From positions 320,001 through 384,000 of the forward strand of contig CBDFLJ010000002.1 of assembly GCA_965248835.1 (NCBI GenBank): DNA of 64,000 nucleotides, in the 5' to 3' direction. The notes below the pieces were generated by a model, which saw nothing but the letters and a program-made list of their open reading frames with translations, did not search any database and was not told the DNA's origin. Position numbers and translations under genes: made by a program. This stretch comes from Alphaproteobacteria bacterium (lineage in GTDB: Bacteria > Pseudomonadota > Alphaproteobacteria > MPNO01). Of the stretch, positions 49,215 through 58,144 are shown one piece after another. Every line of letters begins with the position of its first letter. Within the stretch, counting starts at the first letter, position 1.

Positions 49215-49820
49215 ATGAAGGGCTACGCCTCACATAACTCGCCGTTTGCCCGCAAGGTCCGGGTCGCGGCGATCGAGACCGGCCAGGGCGAGACGATCGA
49301 CTGGACGATGGTCGATCTCGTCGACCGTCCGGCGGTGCTCGGGCAGACCAATCCGCTGGACCAGGTGCCCGTGGTCATCCAGGACGACGGCACAGCGCTC
49401 TATGATTCGCCGGTGATCTGCCAATATCTCGACAGCTTGCACGACGGGCCGAAGCTCTATCCCGAGGTCGGCGCGGCGCGCTGGACGGCGCTGCGGCTGG
49501 AAGCGCTGGGTGACGGGCTGGGGGCGGCCTCGGCCGCGCTCGCCGGCGAGCGGCGGCGCCCGGAGGACCGCCGTTACGATCCCTTCATCGCTGCCCAGTC
49601 GGGGAAGATCGGCGCGGCGCTGGCCGCGCTCGAAGACGAGATCGATCGGCTCGACGGCCCGACCGGCATTGCCCAGATCGCAGTGGCTTGTGCGATCGGC
49701 TACATGGAGCTGCGCGCGTGCGCGCCCGGATGGCGCGAGTCCCGCCCACGCCTCGCCGCCTGGTACGATGCGTTCCGCGACCGCCCCTCGATGCGCCGGA
49801 CCGCTCCACCCGACCAATAA
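49215..49820 (+). CDS. Glutathione S-transferase family protein
   Basis: SPFARKVR, NPLDQVP and YDSPVICQYLD; AAGGAG RBS. Confidence 0.9.
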   Translation: MKGYASHNSPFARKVRVAAIETGQGETIDWTMVDLVDRPAVLGQTNPLDQVPVVIQDDGTALYDSPVICQYLDSLHDGPKLYPEVGAARWTALRLEALGDGLGAASAALAGERRRPEDRRYDPFIAAQSGKIGAALAALEDEIDRLDGPTGIAQIAVACAIGYMELRACAPGWRESRPRLAAWYDAFRDRPSMRRTAPPDQ

Positions 49821-49959
49821 ACACCGCCCTGAAACACCGCCCCGGTCGATTCGCCGGTCCGGCCGGTTCGGGACAGGCGCCAGGACGCCTCCGGGGACGC
49901 CCGAGGCGCTGCACCGTCGGCGGCGTGAGTCCCGCCGGCCGGTTCGTCCCCGGTTCGTC

Positions 49960-51120
49960 CTACGGCTCGATCAGGTGCGGTATGAAGCGCGCATCATCGC
50001 CGGTGACCAGCGAGCGGTCCTCGCGGATGCACAGGCCCGCCGCCTGGCTTGCGACCACCCAGCAGCCGATCATCGGGTGGTTGCCGTCGAACTCGGGCAG
50101 CGGGTGGAAGGCCTGGACGATATGGCCTTCGCGGCCGTAATTGCCCGGATGCGGGATGTGCGCGCTGCCCCCGCGGACGATCTCTACGTTCTGTCCCTCG
50201 CGCGACAGCAACGGCTTGCGGACGTAGGTCTCTGCCAGCGCGGAAGCGCGCGGGTCATCGGCAAAGAAGCTCGGCAGCAGGTTTGGGTGGCCCTCGAACA
50301 TTTCCCACAACAGCGCCAGCAGGCCCTTGTTGGAAAGGATCGCCTTCCAGGCCGGCTCGATGAACACCGCCCCGCAATCGGGGACATTGCGGCCGAACTC
50401 TTCCGCCATGATCCATTCCCAGGGATAGAGCTTGAAAAGGTTTTCGATCACCCGGTCGTCGAGGTCGGTGAACCGGCCCGCCCGGTCGATTCCGATATCG
50501 TCCATGTAGACGAAACCGGTCTGTAGCCCGGCCTGCTTCGCGCAATCTTCCAAATAGGCGACCGTGCCGCGGTCCTCCTCGGAGTCCTTGGCGCAGGCGA
50601 AGTGGAGGACGCCGGAGACGCCGAAACGCGACAGCGCATCGATCAGCTTCTCGTGCAGCGCATTGAACTGGTCCGCGCCTGACGCGACCATGCCGGCCTC
50701 GATGGCCTGCTCGAGCCAGACCCACTGGAAGATCGAGGATTCGTAGAGCGCGGTCGGGGTATCGGCGTTGTATTCCAGCAGCTTTGCCGGCCCGGTCCCG
50801 TCATAAGAGAAATCCATCCTGCCGTAGAGGTTCTTCTCGCCCTTTCGCCAGCTTTCGGCGATCGTCTCCCAGAAGGCTTCGGGGATCGCCAGCCGCGCGA
50901 GCACGGCCTCCTCGGCCAGCGCGCGCTCGACCACCGAGAAGCACATTTCCTCGAGCTCCTCGACCGGCTCCTCGAGCCCGTCCTCGATCTCCTCCAGGGT
51001 GAATCGGTAGACCGCGCTCTCGTCCCAATAGGGGTCGCCCTGGATCGAATGGAAGTCGAAGCCGTGCGCCAGCGCGACATCCTTCCAGTCCGGGCGCGGC
51101 GCGATCGGGGTGCGCTGCAT
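49960..51120 (-). CDS. ygiC: Glutathionylspermidine synthase-like ATP-grasp protein (YgiC family)
   Basis: YWDES, YGRMD, LEYNADTPT, KLYPWEW, EPAWK and KPLLSREG. Confidence 0.88.
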   Translation of the reverse strand: MQRTPIAPRPDWKDVALAHGFDFHSIQGDPYWDESAVYRFTLEEIEDGLEEPVEELEEMCFSVVERALAEEAVLARLAIPEAFWETIAESWRKGEKNLYGRMDFSYDGTGPAKLLEYNADTPTALYESSIFQWVWLEQAIEAGMVASGADQFNALHEKLIDALSRFGVSGVLHFACAKDSEEDRGTVAYLEDCAKQAGLQTGFVYMDDIGIDRAGRFTDLDDRVIENLFKLYPWEWIMAEEFGRNVPDCGAVFIEPAWKAILSNKGLLALLWEMFEGHPNLLPSFFADDPRASALAETYVRKPLLSREGQNVEIVRGGSAHIPHPGNYGREGHIVQAFHPLPEFDGNHPMIGCWVVASQAAGLCIREDRSLVTGDDARFIPHLIEP

Positions 51121-51138
51121 CCCGGCTGTCGGCTCGCC

Positions 51139-51681
51139 CTAGCCGGCGACCGAGCCGTAGCCGCGCGCGCTCTTGCCGAAGCCGCCGCGGGAGGTCGTGC
51201 GCATCTTGGTGGTCGGCGCCGCCCCGGCCGATTTTGCGATCTGGGTGCGGCCGATCCGGTCGCCGACCTTGCGGTTGTCGGCGGTGCGGAAGGATTTGGG
51301 ATCGTCGACCGAGCGGTAGAGCGGCTGGGAGGCCACGCCGGCGCGCGGGCCACCGAGCATCGAGCCCATCATGTAGCCCATCATCAGGGGCATGAAGACC
51401 GAGCCGCCGGTGGTGGTGCGCTGCGCCGCCTGCTCGCAGTTTTCCGCGCCGAAATCGGACTGGCAGGCCTCGAGCGAGGTGTATTTGGGCGCCGCCTTGA
51501 TGTGGGCCGTCCGGGCGGTCTCGTATTCGACGTCGCATTGCGCGCGGGTCAGAGCCTGGTCGGCGTAGCATTGCTGAAGGCTCTCGAAGACCATCGCGTC
51601 GATCTGCTGCTCCTCGCATGCGGTCAGCGCGATCGCGCTCGCGCCCATCATCACCAGGCCGATTGATCTGGACCGTTTCAT
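51139..51681 (-). CDS. ygiB: DUF1190 (YgiB family) lipoprotein
   Basis: Lipobox LTAC, APKY...C..DFG..NC, FMPLMMGYMMG and RGGFG. Confidence 0.85.
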   Translation of the reverse strand: MKRSRSIGLVMMGASAIALTACEEQQIDAMVFESLQQCYADQALTRAQCDVEYETARTAHIKAAPKYTSLEACQSDFGAENCEQAAQRTTTGGSVFMPLMMGYMMGSMLGGPRAGVASQPLYRSVDDPKSFRTADNRKVGDRIGRTQIAKSAGAAPTTKMRTTSRGGFGKSARGYGSVAG

Positions 51682-51814
51682 GGCGACCTCCGGTGGCAAT
51701 CGAATGGTGTCCCGAGCAGGACTCTAGCCCGGAACCGCGCCCATGTCTCGCTGCTGTCCTGCTTCGGACCGGGGCGCGCAGGGGCCAGATCGATGTTGGA
51801 ATGGCACGCCGCTC

Positions 51815-52564
51815 TCATATCCGGTTCTCGGCGATCAGCGCTTCGACCTCCCGGTCGGTCATCTGGAAGTCGAACTGCTCGTTGCGCATGCGCACGCGCT
51901 GTATGCTGACCTCGTGGACGGCGCGCTTCATGCGCTCAAGGTCCTCGGCCGATTCGACCGCCTGGGCAGCGGCCACGGCGGCGTCCTCGTAGTGGTCCTT
52001 CTCGTCGGTGTGGATGATCTTCATCGCCGCGGCGAGCCGCTCCTCGATCTCCCCGCCCGACAGCTTGGAGGCCTCGCGGAAGGTGCTGGCGCCGCCGCCC
52101 TCGGTCAGCCCCATGGCGGCCACCAGGCAGGGATCGCCCGATTCCACATAGGCCCGCCGCATGTCGTTGAGCTCCCGGTCTTCCGGCAACTGGCCGACGT
52201 CGCCGTCGGTGAGCGGACGGCCGAGGATAAATTCCAGCACCTCGGCCAGGACCACGTAGTGCTCGAACTCCTCGGTCATCATCTTGAGCGAGGCCAGCAT
52301 CGCGCGCCGGTCGCCCCCCGTGCCGAGGCCGCGAAAGCCTTCCACGATGTCGCAGAATTCCATATGCAGCGCATTCGCGTAGCCATCGGTTGCGCCGTAG
52401 CCGATGGTCGGGTTGAGCTCTTTGTAGACCGCAGAACCCAGGTAGCGGATATAGGCCTCCCGGCTCGGCGGGCCGGCGAAGAACCTCCTGGTGATCTCCG
52501 CTTCCGCATCCCAGAACGGCTTCGCGACCGCGATCAGCCGCTCGGCAATCTCCTGGTCGGACAT
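51815..52564 (-). CDS. Ferritin-like di-iron domain protein of unknown function
   Basis: Paired ExxH motifs EEFEH and DEKDH with upstream Glu (KE, TE); GGAG RBS. Confidence 0.7.
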   Translation of the reverse strand: MSDQEIAERLIAVAKPFWDAEAEITRRFFAGPPSREAYIRYLGSAVYKELNPTIGYGATDGYANALHMEFCDIVEGFRGLGTGGDRRAMLASLKMMTEEFEHYVVLAEVLEFILGRPLTDGDVGQLPEDRELNDMRRAYVESGDPCLVAAMGLTEGGGASTFREASKLSGGEIEERLAAAMKIIHTDEKDHYEDAAVAAAQAVESAEDLERMKRAVHEVSIQRVRMRNEQFDFQMTDREVEALIAENRI

Positions 52565-52875
52565 CGCGCGCTCTCCCTGACCAAGTGTCGATTATCGCTT
52601 CTCAACTGCGCGGCGCCTATCCCGCGCTTCGTCGCCGGCGCCACGCGGACACCGCCCATATCATAGCGGATAGGCATTGCTGGATGAGCGGGATTCGTTT
52701 TTTGAGCGTTCGCGTTGTGAAGCCTGAGCGCGCCGGCCTGCGGCCCGCATGCGGACGGCAGGCAAGCGCCCCGGGACAGATGAACTTCATGGATAAGCGG
52801 GCAGCGTCTTGCCCCCGCCCGGCCTGCCGCACATGATGGATCGGGCGTAGCGGTCGAACGGTCAAACGGTTGAGC

Positions 52876-54534
52876 ATGGCGAGCAGGACGGACGCGCGGG
52901 CGGTTGCCGCCGCGCAGGATCGGGCCTACCCCGATCTCCACGATCATCTGGCGGCGCTGGACGATGCCGGGTTGCTCTACCGGATCGGCCATGCGGTCGA
53001 TAAGGACTCCGAGCTCCATCCGCTGGTCCGCTGGCAGTTCCGCGGCGGCATCCCCGAAGCCGAGCGCAAGGCGTTCCTGTTCACCGACGTCCGCGATGCC
53101 GCCGGGCGCGCGTTCGATTTCCCGGTCCTGGTCGGCGGGCTCGCGGCGAGCGCGGAGATCTACTCCATCGGCATGGGCGTTCCGGTCGCCGAGATCGGCG
53201 CGGCGTGGCAGCGTGCGATGACGGCGCCGGTCCTGCCGCGCGAGGTCGCGCGCGCGCCGTGCCAGGAAATCGTGCTCAGCGGGGCCGACCTCGACGGGCG
53301 GGGCAGGGGGCTCGACGCCCTGCCGGTGCCGATCTCGACGCCGGGCTACGACGCCGCGCCGTATCTCACCGCGACATGCTGCATCTCGGCCGATCCGGAG
53401 ACCGGCATCCAGAACATGGGCACCTATCGCGGCCAGCTCAAAGGCCCGCGCCGGCTGGGGCTCAAGATGTTCGTCGAGCTCGGCCAGGGCGGCTACGCCC
53501 ATTGGCAAGCCTGCCGGGCGCGCGGCGAGAGGCTTCCTATGGCGATCGTCGTCGGCTGCCCGCCGGTGGTGGCCTATTGCGCGCCGCAGAAGGTCGGCCT
53601 CGGGGTCGACGAGCTCGCGGTGGCCGGCGGTCTCATCGGCGCACCGATCAACGTCGTGCGCGCACGCAGCGTCGACCTGCTGGTGCCGGCGGAAGCCGAG
53701 TTCGTGATCGAAGGCCACGTCGATACCGAGTATTTCGAGCCCGAGGGGCCGTTCGGCGAGAGCCACGGGCATGTGAACCTGGAGGAGTACAACTTCGTCT
53801 TCGAGGTCAGTGCGATCACCCACAGAAGCGATGCCGTCTTCACCTCGATGATCAGCCAGGTAACGCCCAGCGAGTCCTCGGTGGTCAAACGGGTCGCCTA
53901 CGAGCCGTTGTTTCTGGAACATCTGCGCGACCATCTGGGGATCAAGGGGATCCGCCGGGTCTCCATGCACGAGCCGCTGACCAACCTGCGCCGGGTGATC
54001 ATCCTCCAGGTCGCGGCCGGCACGCCGCGCACCGAGATCTGGCGCGCGCTCTACGGCACCTCGTCCTTCCAGAAGCCGTGCGGCAAGTATGTCATCGCGG
54101 TCGACGAGGACATCGATCCGGAAAACGCCGATGCGGTGTTCTGGGCGATGGCCTATCGCGCCGATCCGGCGCGCGATACCGCGATCCTGCCGCACCGCGA
54201 CCGCGGCCACGGGCCGAAGGGCGGGGCCGAGGAGGACTCCTCGCTGCTGGTCGATGCGACCCTGCGCGAGCCGGTGCCGCCGGTCTCGCTTCCCAAGCGC
54301 GAATACATGGAACGGGCGCGCGCGCTGTGGGAGGAGATCGGCCTGCCGCCGCTCAAGCCCGAGCCGCCCTGGCACGGCTATTCGCTGGGCGACTGGTCGC
54401 AGGCATGGGATGAGGATGCGCTGCGCGCGGTCCAGGGCCGCTACATGGAGACCGGCGAGCGGTCGCGCCAGCACCGGCGCAGCGATGTCGAGCCCAACGC
54501 GCTGATCCGCGACGCGGGGCCGCAAGCCGAATGA
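52876..54534 (+). CDS. UbiD-family prFMN-dependent decarboxylase
   Basis: QNMGTYR, VPAEAEFVIEG, EGPFGE and VIAVDEDID. Confidence 0.92.
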   Translation: MASRTDARAVAAAQDRAYPDLHDHLAALDDAGLLYRIGHAVDKDSELHPLVRWQFRGGIPEAERKAFLFTDVRDAAGRAFDFPVLVGGLAASAEIYSIGMGVPVAEIGAAWQRAMTAPVLPREVARAPCQEIVLSGADLDGRGRGLDALPVPISTPGYDAAPYLTATCCISADPETGIQNMGTYRGQLKGPRRLGLKMFVELGQGGYAHWQACRARGERLPMAIVVGCPPVVAYCAPQKVGLGVDELAVAGGLIGAPINVVRARSVDLLVPAEAEFVIEGHVDTEYFEPEGPFGESHGHVNLEEYNFVFEVSAITHRSDAVFTSMISQVTPSESSVVKRVAYEPLFLEHLRDHLGIKGIRRVSMHEPLTNLRRVIILQVAAGTPRTEIWRALYGTSSFQKPCGKYVIAVDEDIDPENADAVFWAMAYRADPARDTAILPHRDRGHGPKGGAEEDSSLLVDATLREPVPPVSLPKREYMERARALWEEIGLPPLKPEPPWHGYSLGDWSQAWDEDALRAVQGRYMETGERSRQHRRSDVEPNALIRDAGPQAE

Positions 54535-55598
54535 GCCCGCACCGCATCGCCGTCATCCCGGGCGACGGCATCGGCAAGGAGGTCGTCCCCGAGGGCCTGC
54601 GCGTGCTCGAGGCCGCCGCTGCCAGGTTCGGCATCGACCTGGCGTGCACGGCGTTCGACTGGGACTGTTCGCGCTATGCCGAGACCGGCCGGATCATGCC
54701 CGCCGACGGGCTCGACCGTCTGGCCGATTTCGACGCGATCTTCCTCGGCGCGGTCGGCATGCCCGGCGTGCCCGACCATGTCTCGCTGTGGGACATGCTG
54801 ATCCCCATCCGGCGGCGGTTCGACCAGTACGTCAATTTGCGCCCGGCCAAGCTGTTCGAAGGCGTGCGCTCGCCGCTGGCCGACCGGCGGCCCGAAGACA
54901 TCGACATGCTGATCGTGCGTGAGAACGTCGAGGGCGAATACTCCCAGATCGGCGGCCGGCTCTATCCCGGCACCGACAACGAGCTCGCCGTCCAGCAGTC
55001 GGTGTTCACCAGGAGGGGCTGCGACCGGATCATGCGCTTCGCCTTCCGTCTGGCCGAGACCAGGAAGGCGCGCAAGGTCACCTCGGCCACCAAGTCGAAC
55101 GGGATCATCCATTCCATGCCCTACTGGGACGAGCGGTTCGCGGCAATCGCGGCCGAGTTTCCCGCGATCGAGACCGACCAGTTCCACATCGACATCCTGG
55201 TTGCCCACTTCGTCGCCCATCCCGACTGGTTCGATGTCGTCGTGGGCTCCAACCTGTTCGGCGACATCCTGTCGGATTTGGGGCCTGCGGTCGCCGGCTC
55301 GATCGGGCTCGCGGCCTCGGGCAACATCAACCCCGAGCGCGACCATCCTTCGATGTTCGAGCCGGTGCATGGCTCCGCGCCGGACATCTACGGCCGGAAG
55401 ATCGCCAACCCGATCGCCCAGATCTGGTCCGGCGCGATGATGCTGGGCCATCTGGGGCATGCCGACGCCGAGGCCGCGATCGTCGAAGCGATCGCCGCCC
55501 TGCTGGCCAGCGACGGGCCGAAGACCGCCGATCTCGGTGGGGCCGCCGGCACCGAAGATGTCGGCCGCGCCCTGGCCGAGGCGGTCCGGTCGGGATGA
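54531..55598 (+). CDS. Tartrate / D-malate dehydrogenase (decarboxylating), TtuC/DmlA type
   Basis: IPGDGIGKEV, VPDHVSLW, TKSNGI..SMPYWD, NLFGDILSD and FEPVHGSAPD; ATGA overlap. Confidence 0.9.
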   Translation: MSPHRIAVIPGDGIGKEVVPEGLRVLEAAAARFGIDLACTAFDWDCSRYAETGRIMPADGLDRLADFDAIFLGAVGMPGVPDHVSLWDMLIPIRRRFDQYVNLRPAKLFEGVRSPLADRRPEDIDMLIVRENVEGEYSQIGGRLYPGTDNELAVQQSVFTRRGCDRIMRFAFRLAETRKARKVTSATKSNGIIHSMPYWDERFAAIAAEFPAIETDQFHIDILVAHFVAHPDWFDVVVGSNLFGDILSDLGPAVAGSIGLAASGNINPERDHPSMFEPVHGSAPDIYGRKIANPIAQIWSGAMMLGHLGHADAEAAIVEAIAALLASDGPKTADLGGAAGTEDVGRALAEAVRSG

Positions 55599-56293
55599 TC
55601 ACCCTCCACGCCTGGCCGACGCCCAACGCCCAGAAGGTCTCGATCATGCTGGAGGAATGCGGCCTGGCCTATGAGGTCGTGACGGTCGACATCAACCGGG
55701 GCGCCCAGTTCGCGCCCGGGTTCCTTGCGATCGCGCCGAACAACCGGATCCCCGCGATCGTCGATGACGAGGGCCTCGACGGCGCGCCGTTGTCGCTGTT
55801 CGAATCGGGCGCGATCCTGCATTACCTGGCCGAGAAGACCGGCCGGTTCATGCCCGAAAGCGGGCCGGGGCGCTACCGCGTGATGGAATGGCTGATGTTC
55901 CAGATGGGCGGGCTCGGCCCGATGTGCGGCCAGGCCCACCATTTTCGCCAGAAGATGGGCGGCTCGACGGTGCCCTACGGCATCGCCCGCTACACCGACG
56001 AGGTCGGGCGGCTCTACGGCGTGATGGAGACCAGGCTCCGGTCCAGCCGCTTCCTCGCCGGCGAGGTCTATTCGGTCGCCGACATCGCCTGTTGGCCCTG
56101 GATCCGCCCGCACCGCCGCCAGGGCCAGGATCTGGCCGATTATCCGTCGCTCCGCCGCTGGTTCGAGGAGATCCGGGCGCGGCCCGCAGTCGAGCGCGGC
56201 ATGCAGCTCCTGGCCCAACACCGCGGCAGGCGCGCGCTCACGCCCGAAGCACGCGCGACCTTGTTCGGCGCCGCCCAGTTCAAGGCGCGCTGA
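55595..56293 (+). CDS. GST-like disulfide oxidoreductase (YfcG/YghU type)
   Basis: TPNAQK, PNNRIPAI, FESGAIL and WLMFQMGGLGPM; ATGA overlap. Confidence 0.9.
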   Translation: MITLHAWPTPNAQKVSIMLEECGLAYEVVTVDINRGAQFAPGFLAIAPNNRIPAIVDDEGLDGAPLSLFESGAILHYLAEKTGRFMPESGPGRYRVMEWLMFQMGGLGPMCGQAHHFRQKMGGSTVPYGIARYTDEVGRLYGVMETRLRSSRFLAGEVYSVADIACWPWIRPHRRQGQDLADYPSLRRWFEEIRARPAVERGMQLLAQHRGRRALTPEARATLFGAAQFKAR

Positions 56294-56297
56294 GGCT

Positions 56298-57077
56298 CTA
56301 CCAGGCCGTCCAGCCGCCGTCGACCGACAGCGCCGCGCCGGTGATCAACGCGGCCGCCGGCGAGGCGAGGAAGACCACCGCCCCCATCACGTCCTCCAAT
56401 TGGCCAAGCGCGCCAAGCGGAATCCGGGAAAGCGTATCCTCGCGGAAGGCTCGGTTCTCGAAGAACGGCCTGGTCATCGGGGTGAGGATGAAGGTCGGGC
56501 CGATCGAGTTGACCCGGATCCGGTGCGCTGCGAGCTCGACCGCCATTGCCTTGGTCAGCCCCTCCACCGCGTGCTTGGAGGCGCAGTAGACCGTCCGGGT
56601 CGGTGCGCCGACATGGCCCATCTGCGAGGATATGTTGATGATCGCCCCGCCGTTTCCCGCCTCGATCATCCGCCGTGCCGCGGCCTGGCTTGCCATGAAC
56701 AGCGCCTTGACGTTGAGGTCCATGATCGTGTCGTAGTGGGCCTCGGTCACCTCGACGAACGGTTCGGGCACGTTGGTGCCGGCGTTGTTGACCAGGATGT
56801 CGATGCGCCTGGGGCTTGCCAGCGCCGCGTCAAGCGCCGCGCCCGTAGTGATGTCACAGACGATGGTCCGGGCATCGCCGCCGATCTCGCCGATCCTGGC
56901 CGCGACCTCATCGAGATCGGTCTGGGTGCGGCTGATCAGGACGAGGTCGGCGCCGGCCTCGGCCAGCGCAAGCGCCGCTGCGCGCCCGATGCCACGGCCG
57001 GCTCCGGTCACCACCGCGCACAGCCCGTCGAGCCGCATCGATGGGGTCTTCGGTGTTTCGATGCTCTGAGTGCTCAT
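56298..57077 (-). CDS. Short-chain dehydrogenase/reductase
   Basis: TGAGRGIG, NNAG, SSQMG and YCASK; AAAGGA RBS. Confidence 0.93.
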   Translation of the reverse strand: MSTQSIETPKTPSMRLDGLCAVVTGAGRGIGRAAALALAEAGADLVLISRTQTDLDEVAARIGEIGGDARTIVCDITTGAALDAALASPRRIDILVNNAGTNVPEPFVEVTEAHYDTIMDLNVKALFMASQAAARRMIEAGNGGAIINISSQMGHVGAPTRTVYCASKHAVEGLTKAMAVELAAHRIRVNSIGPTFILTPMTRPFFENRAFREDTLSRIPLGALGQLEDVMGAVVFLASPAAALITGAALSVDGGWTAW

Positions 57078-57111
57078 CGGTCCTTTCCGTTTGGCGCGCC
57101 GGCGTGAATTG

Positions 57112-57146
57112 TTGACAGCACCAGGCCGATTGCCCGTAATCGGCCT
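57112..57146 (+). promoter_or_regulatory. Putative promoter with overlapping palindromic operator
   Basis: TTGACA-N17-CGTAAT; perfect inverted repeat AGGCCGATT-N6-AATCGGCCT (57123-57146) covers the -10 element. Confidence 0.55.
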
Positions 57147-57169
57147 CGACCTGGGCAAGGGGGGACGAG

Positions 57170-58138
57170 ATGCCGCGCCGCCACGATGAAGGCAAGCTTG
57201 ATATGACCATCCTCCGCGAGACCGCGGAGCGTTGCAAGAACTGGGGCAAGTGGGGCCCGGACGACGAGGCGGGCACGCTCAACTACATCACGCCCGAGAC
57301 GGTCGTGGCCGCGGCAGGGCTGATCCGCAAGGGCAAGGTGTTCTCGCTCGCGCTGAACTTCGACCGCAACGGCCCGCAGAAGGGCCTGTGGGGCAACCGG
57401 TTCAACCCGATCCACACCATGCTGGCGACCGGCACCGACGCGGTGGCCGGCACCCAGGACGAGGGCGGGCTGCGCTTTGCCGACGACATGGTCTCGCTGC
57501 CGCTGCAATGCGGCACCCAGTGGGACGCGCTGGGCCACATCTTCTACGACGACAAGATGTGGAACGGCTACGACGCCAGGCTGGTCGATTCCGACGGCGC
57601 CCAGAAAAACGGCATCGAAAAGGTCAAGGACAAGATGGTCGGGCGCGGCGTGCTGCTCGATGCCGCGCGCCATTTCGGCGTCGAGCGGTTCCAGGACGGC
57701 ATCGCGATCACCAACGAGGACCTCGACGCCACCGCCGCGGCCCAGGGCGTGGAGATCCGCCGCGGCGATTTCGTGATCGTGCGCACCGGCCACATGGGCC
57801 AGTGCCTGCGCGAGGGCGAATGGGGCGGCTATGCCGGCGGCGACGCGCCGGGGCTCGCCTTCGAGACCGCCGAGTGGATCCACGCCAAGGAGATCGCCGC
57901 GATCTGCACCGATACCTGGGGCTGCGAGGTCCGCCCCAACGAGACCACCCAGGCGAGTCAGCCCTGGCACTGGGTGGTGATCCCGATGATCGGCATCACC
58001 ATGGGCGAGATCTTCTATCTGGAGGAACTCGCCGATGACTGCGCCGAGGACGGCGTCTACGAGTTCTTCTTCTGCGCGCCGCCCTTGCCGATCACCAAGG
58101 CGGTGGGCTCGCCGCTCAACCCGATCGCGGTGAAGTAG
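57170..58138 (+). CDS. Cyclase family protein (kynurenine formamidase-like metal hydrolase)
   Basis: NWGKWGPDDEAGTLN, QCGTQWDALGH, VGRGVLLD and GSPLNPIA. Confidence 0.9.
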   Translation: MPRRHDEGKLDMTILRETAERCKNWGKWGPDDEAGTLNYITPETVVAAAGLIRKGKVFSLALNFDRNGPQKGLWGNRFNPIHTMLATGTDAVAGTQDEGGLRFADDMVSLPLQCGTQWDALGHIFYDDKMWNGYDARLVDSDGAQKNGIEKVKDKMVGRGVLLDAARHFGVERFQDGIAITNEDLDATAAAQGVEIRRGDFVIVRTGHMGQCLREGEWGGYAGGDAPGLAFETAEWIHAKEIAAICTDTWGCEVRPNETTQASQPWHWVVIPMIGITMGEIFYLEELADDCAEDGVYEFFFCAPPLPITKAVGSPLNPIAVK

Positions 58139-58144
58139 GCACCG

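Noticed and set aside
49960-51681. ygiB-ygiC pair as a novel system
   Set aside because: A widely known conserved module; nothing unusual seen here.
52615-52675. Riboswitch or sRNA in the ferritin-like/ubiD intergenic region
   Set aside because: Only an 8-bp inverted repeat (GCCTATCC/GGATAGGC); no recognisable aptamer or terminator.
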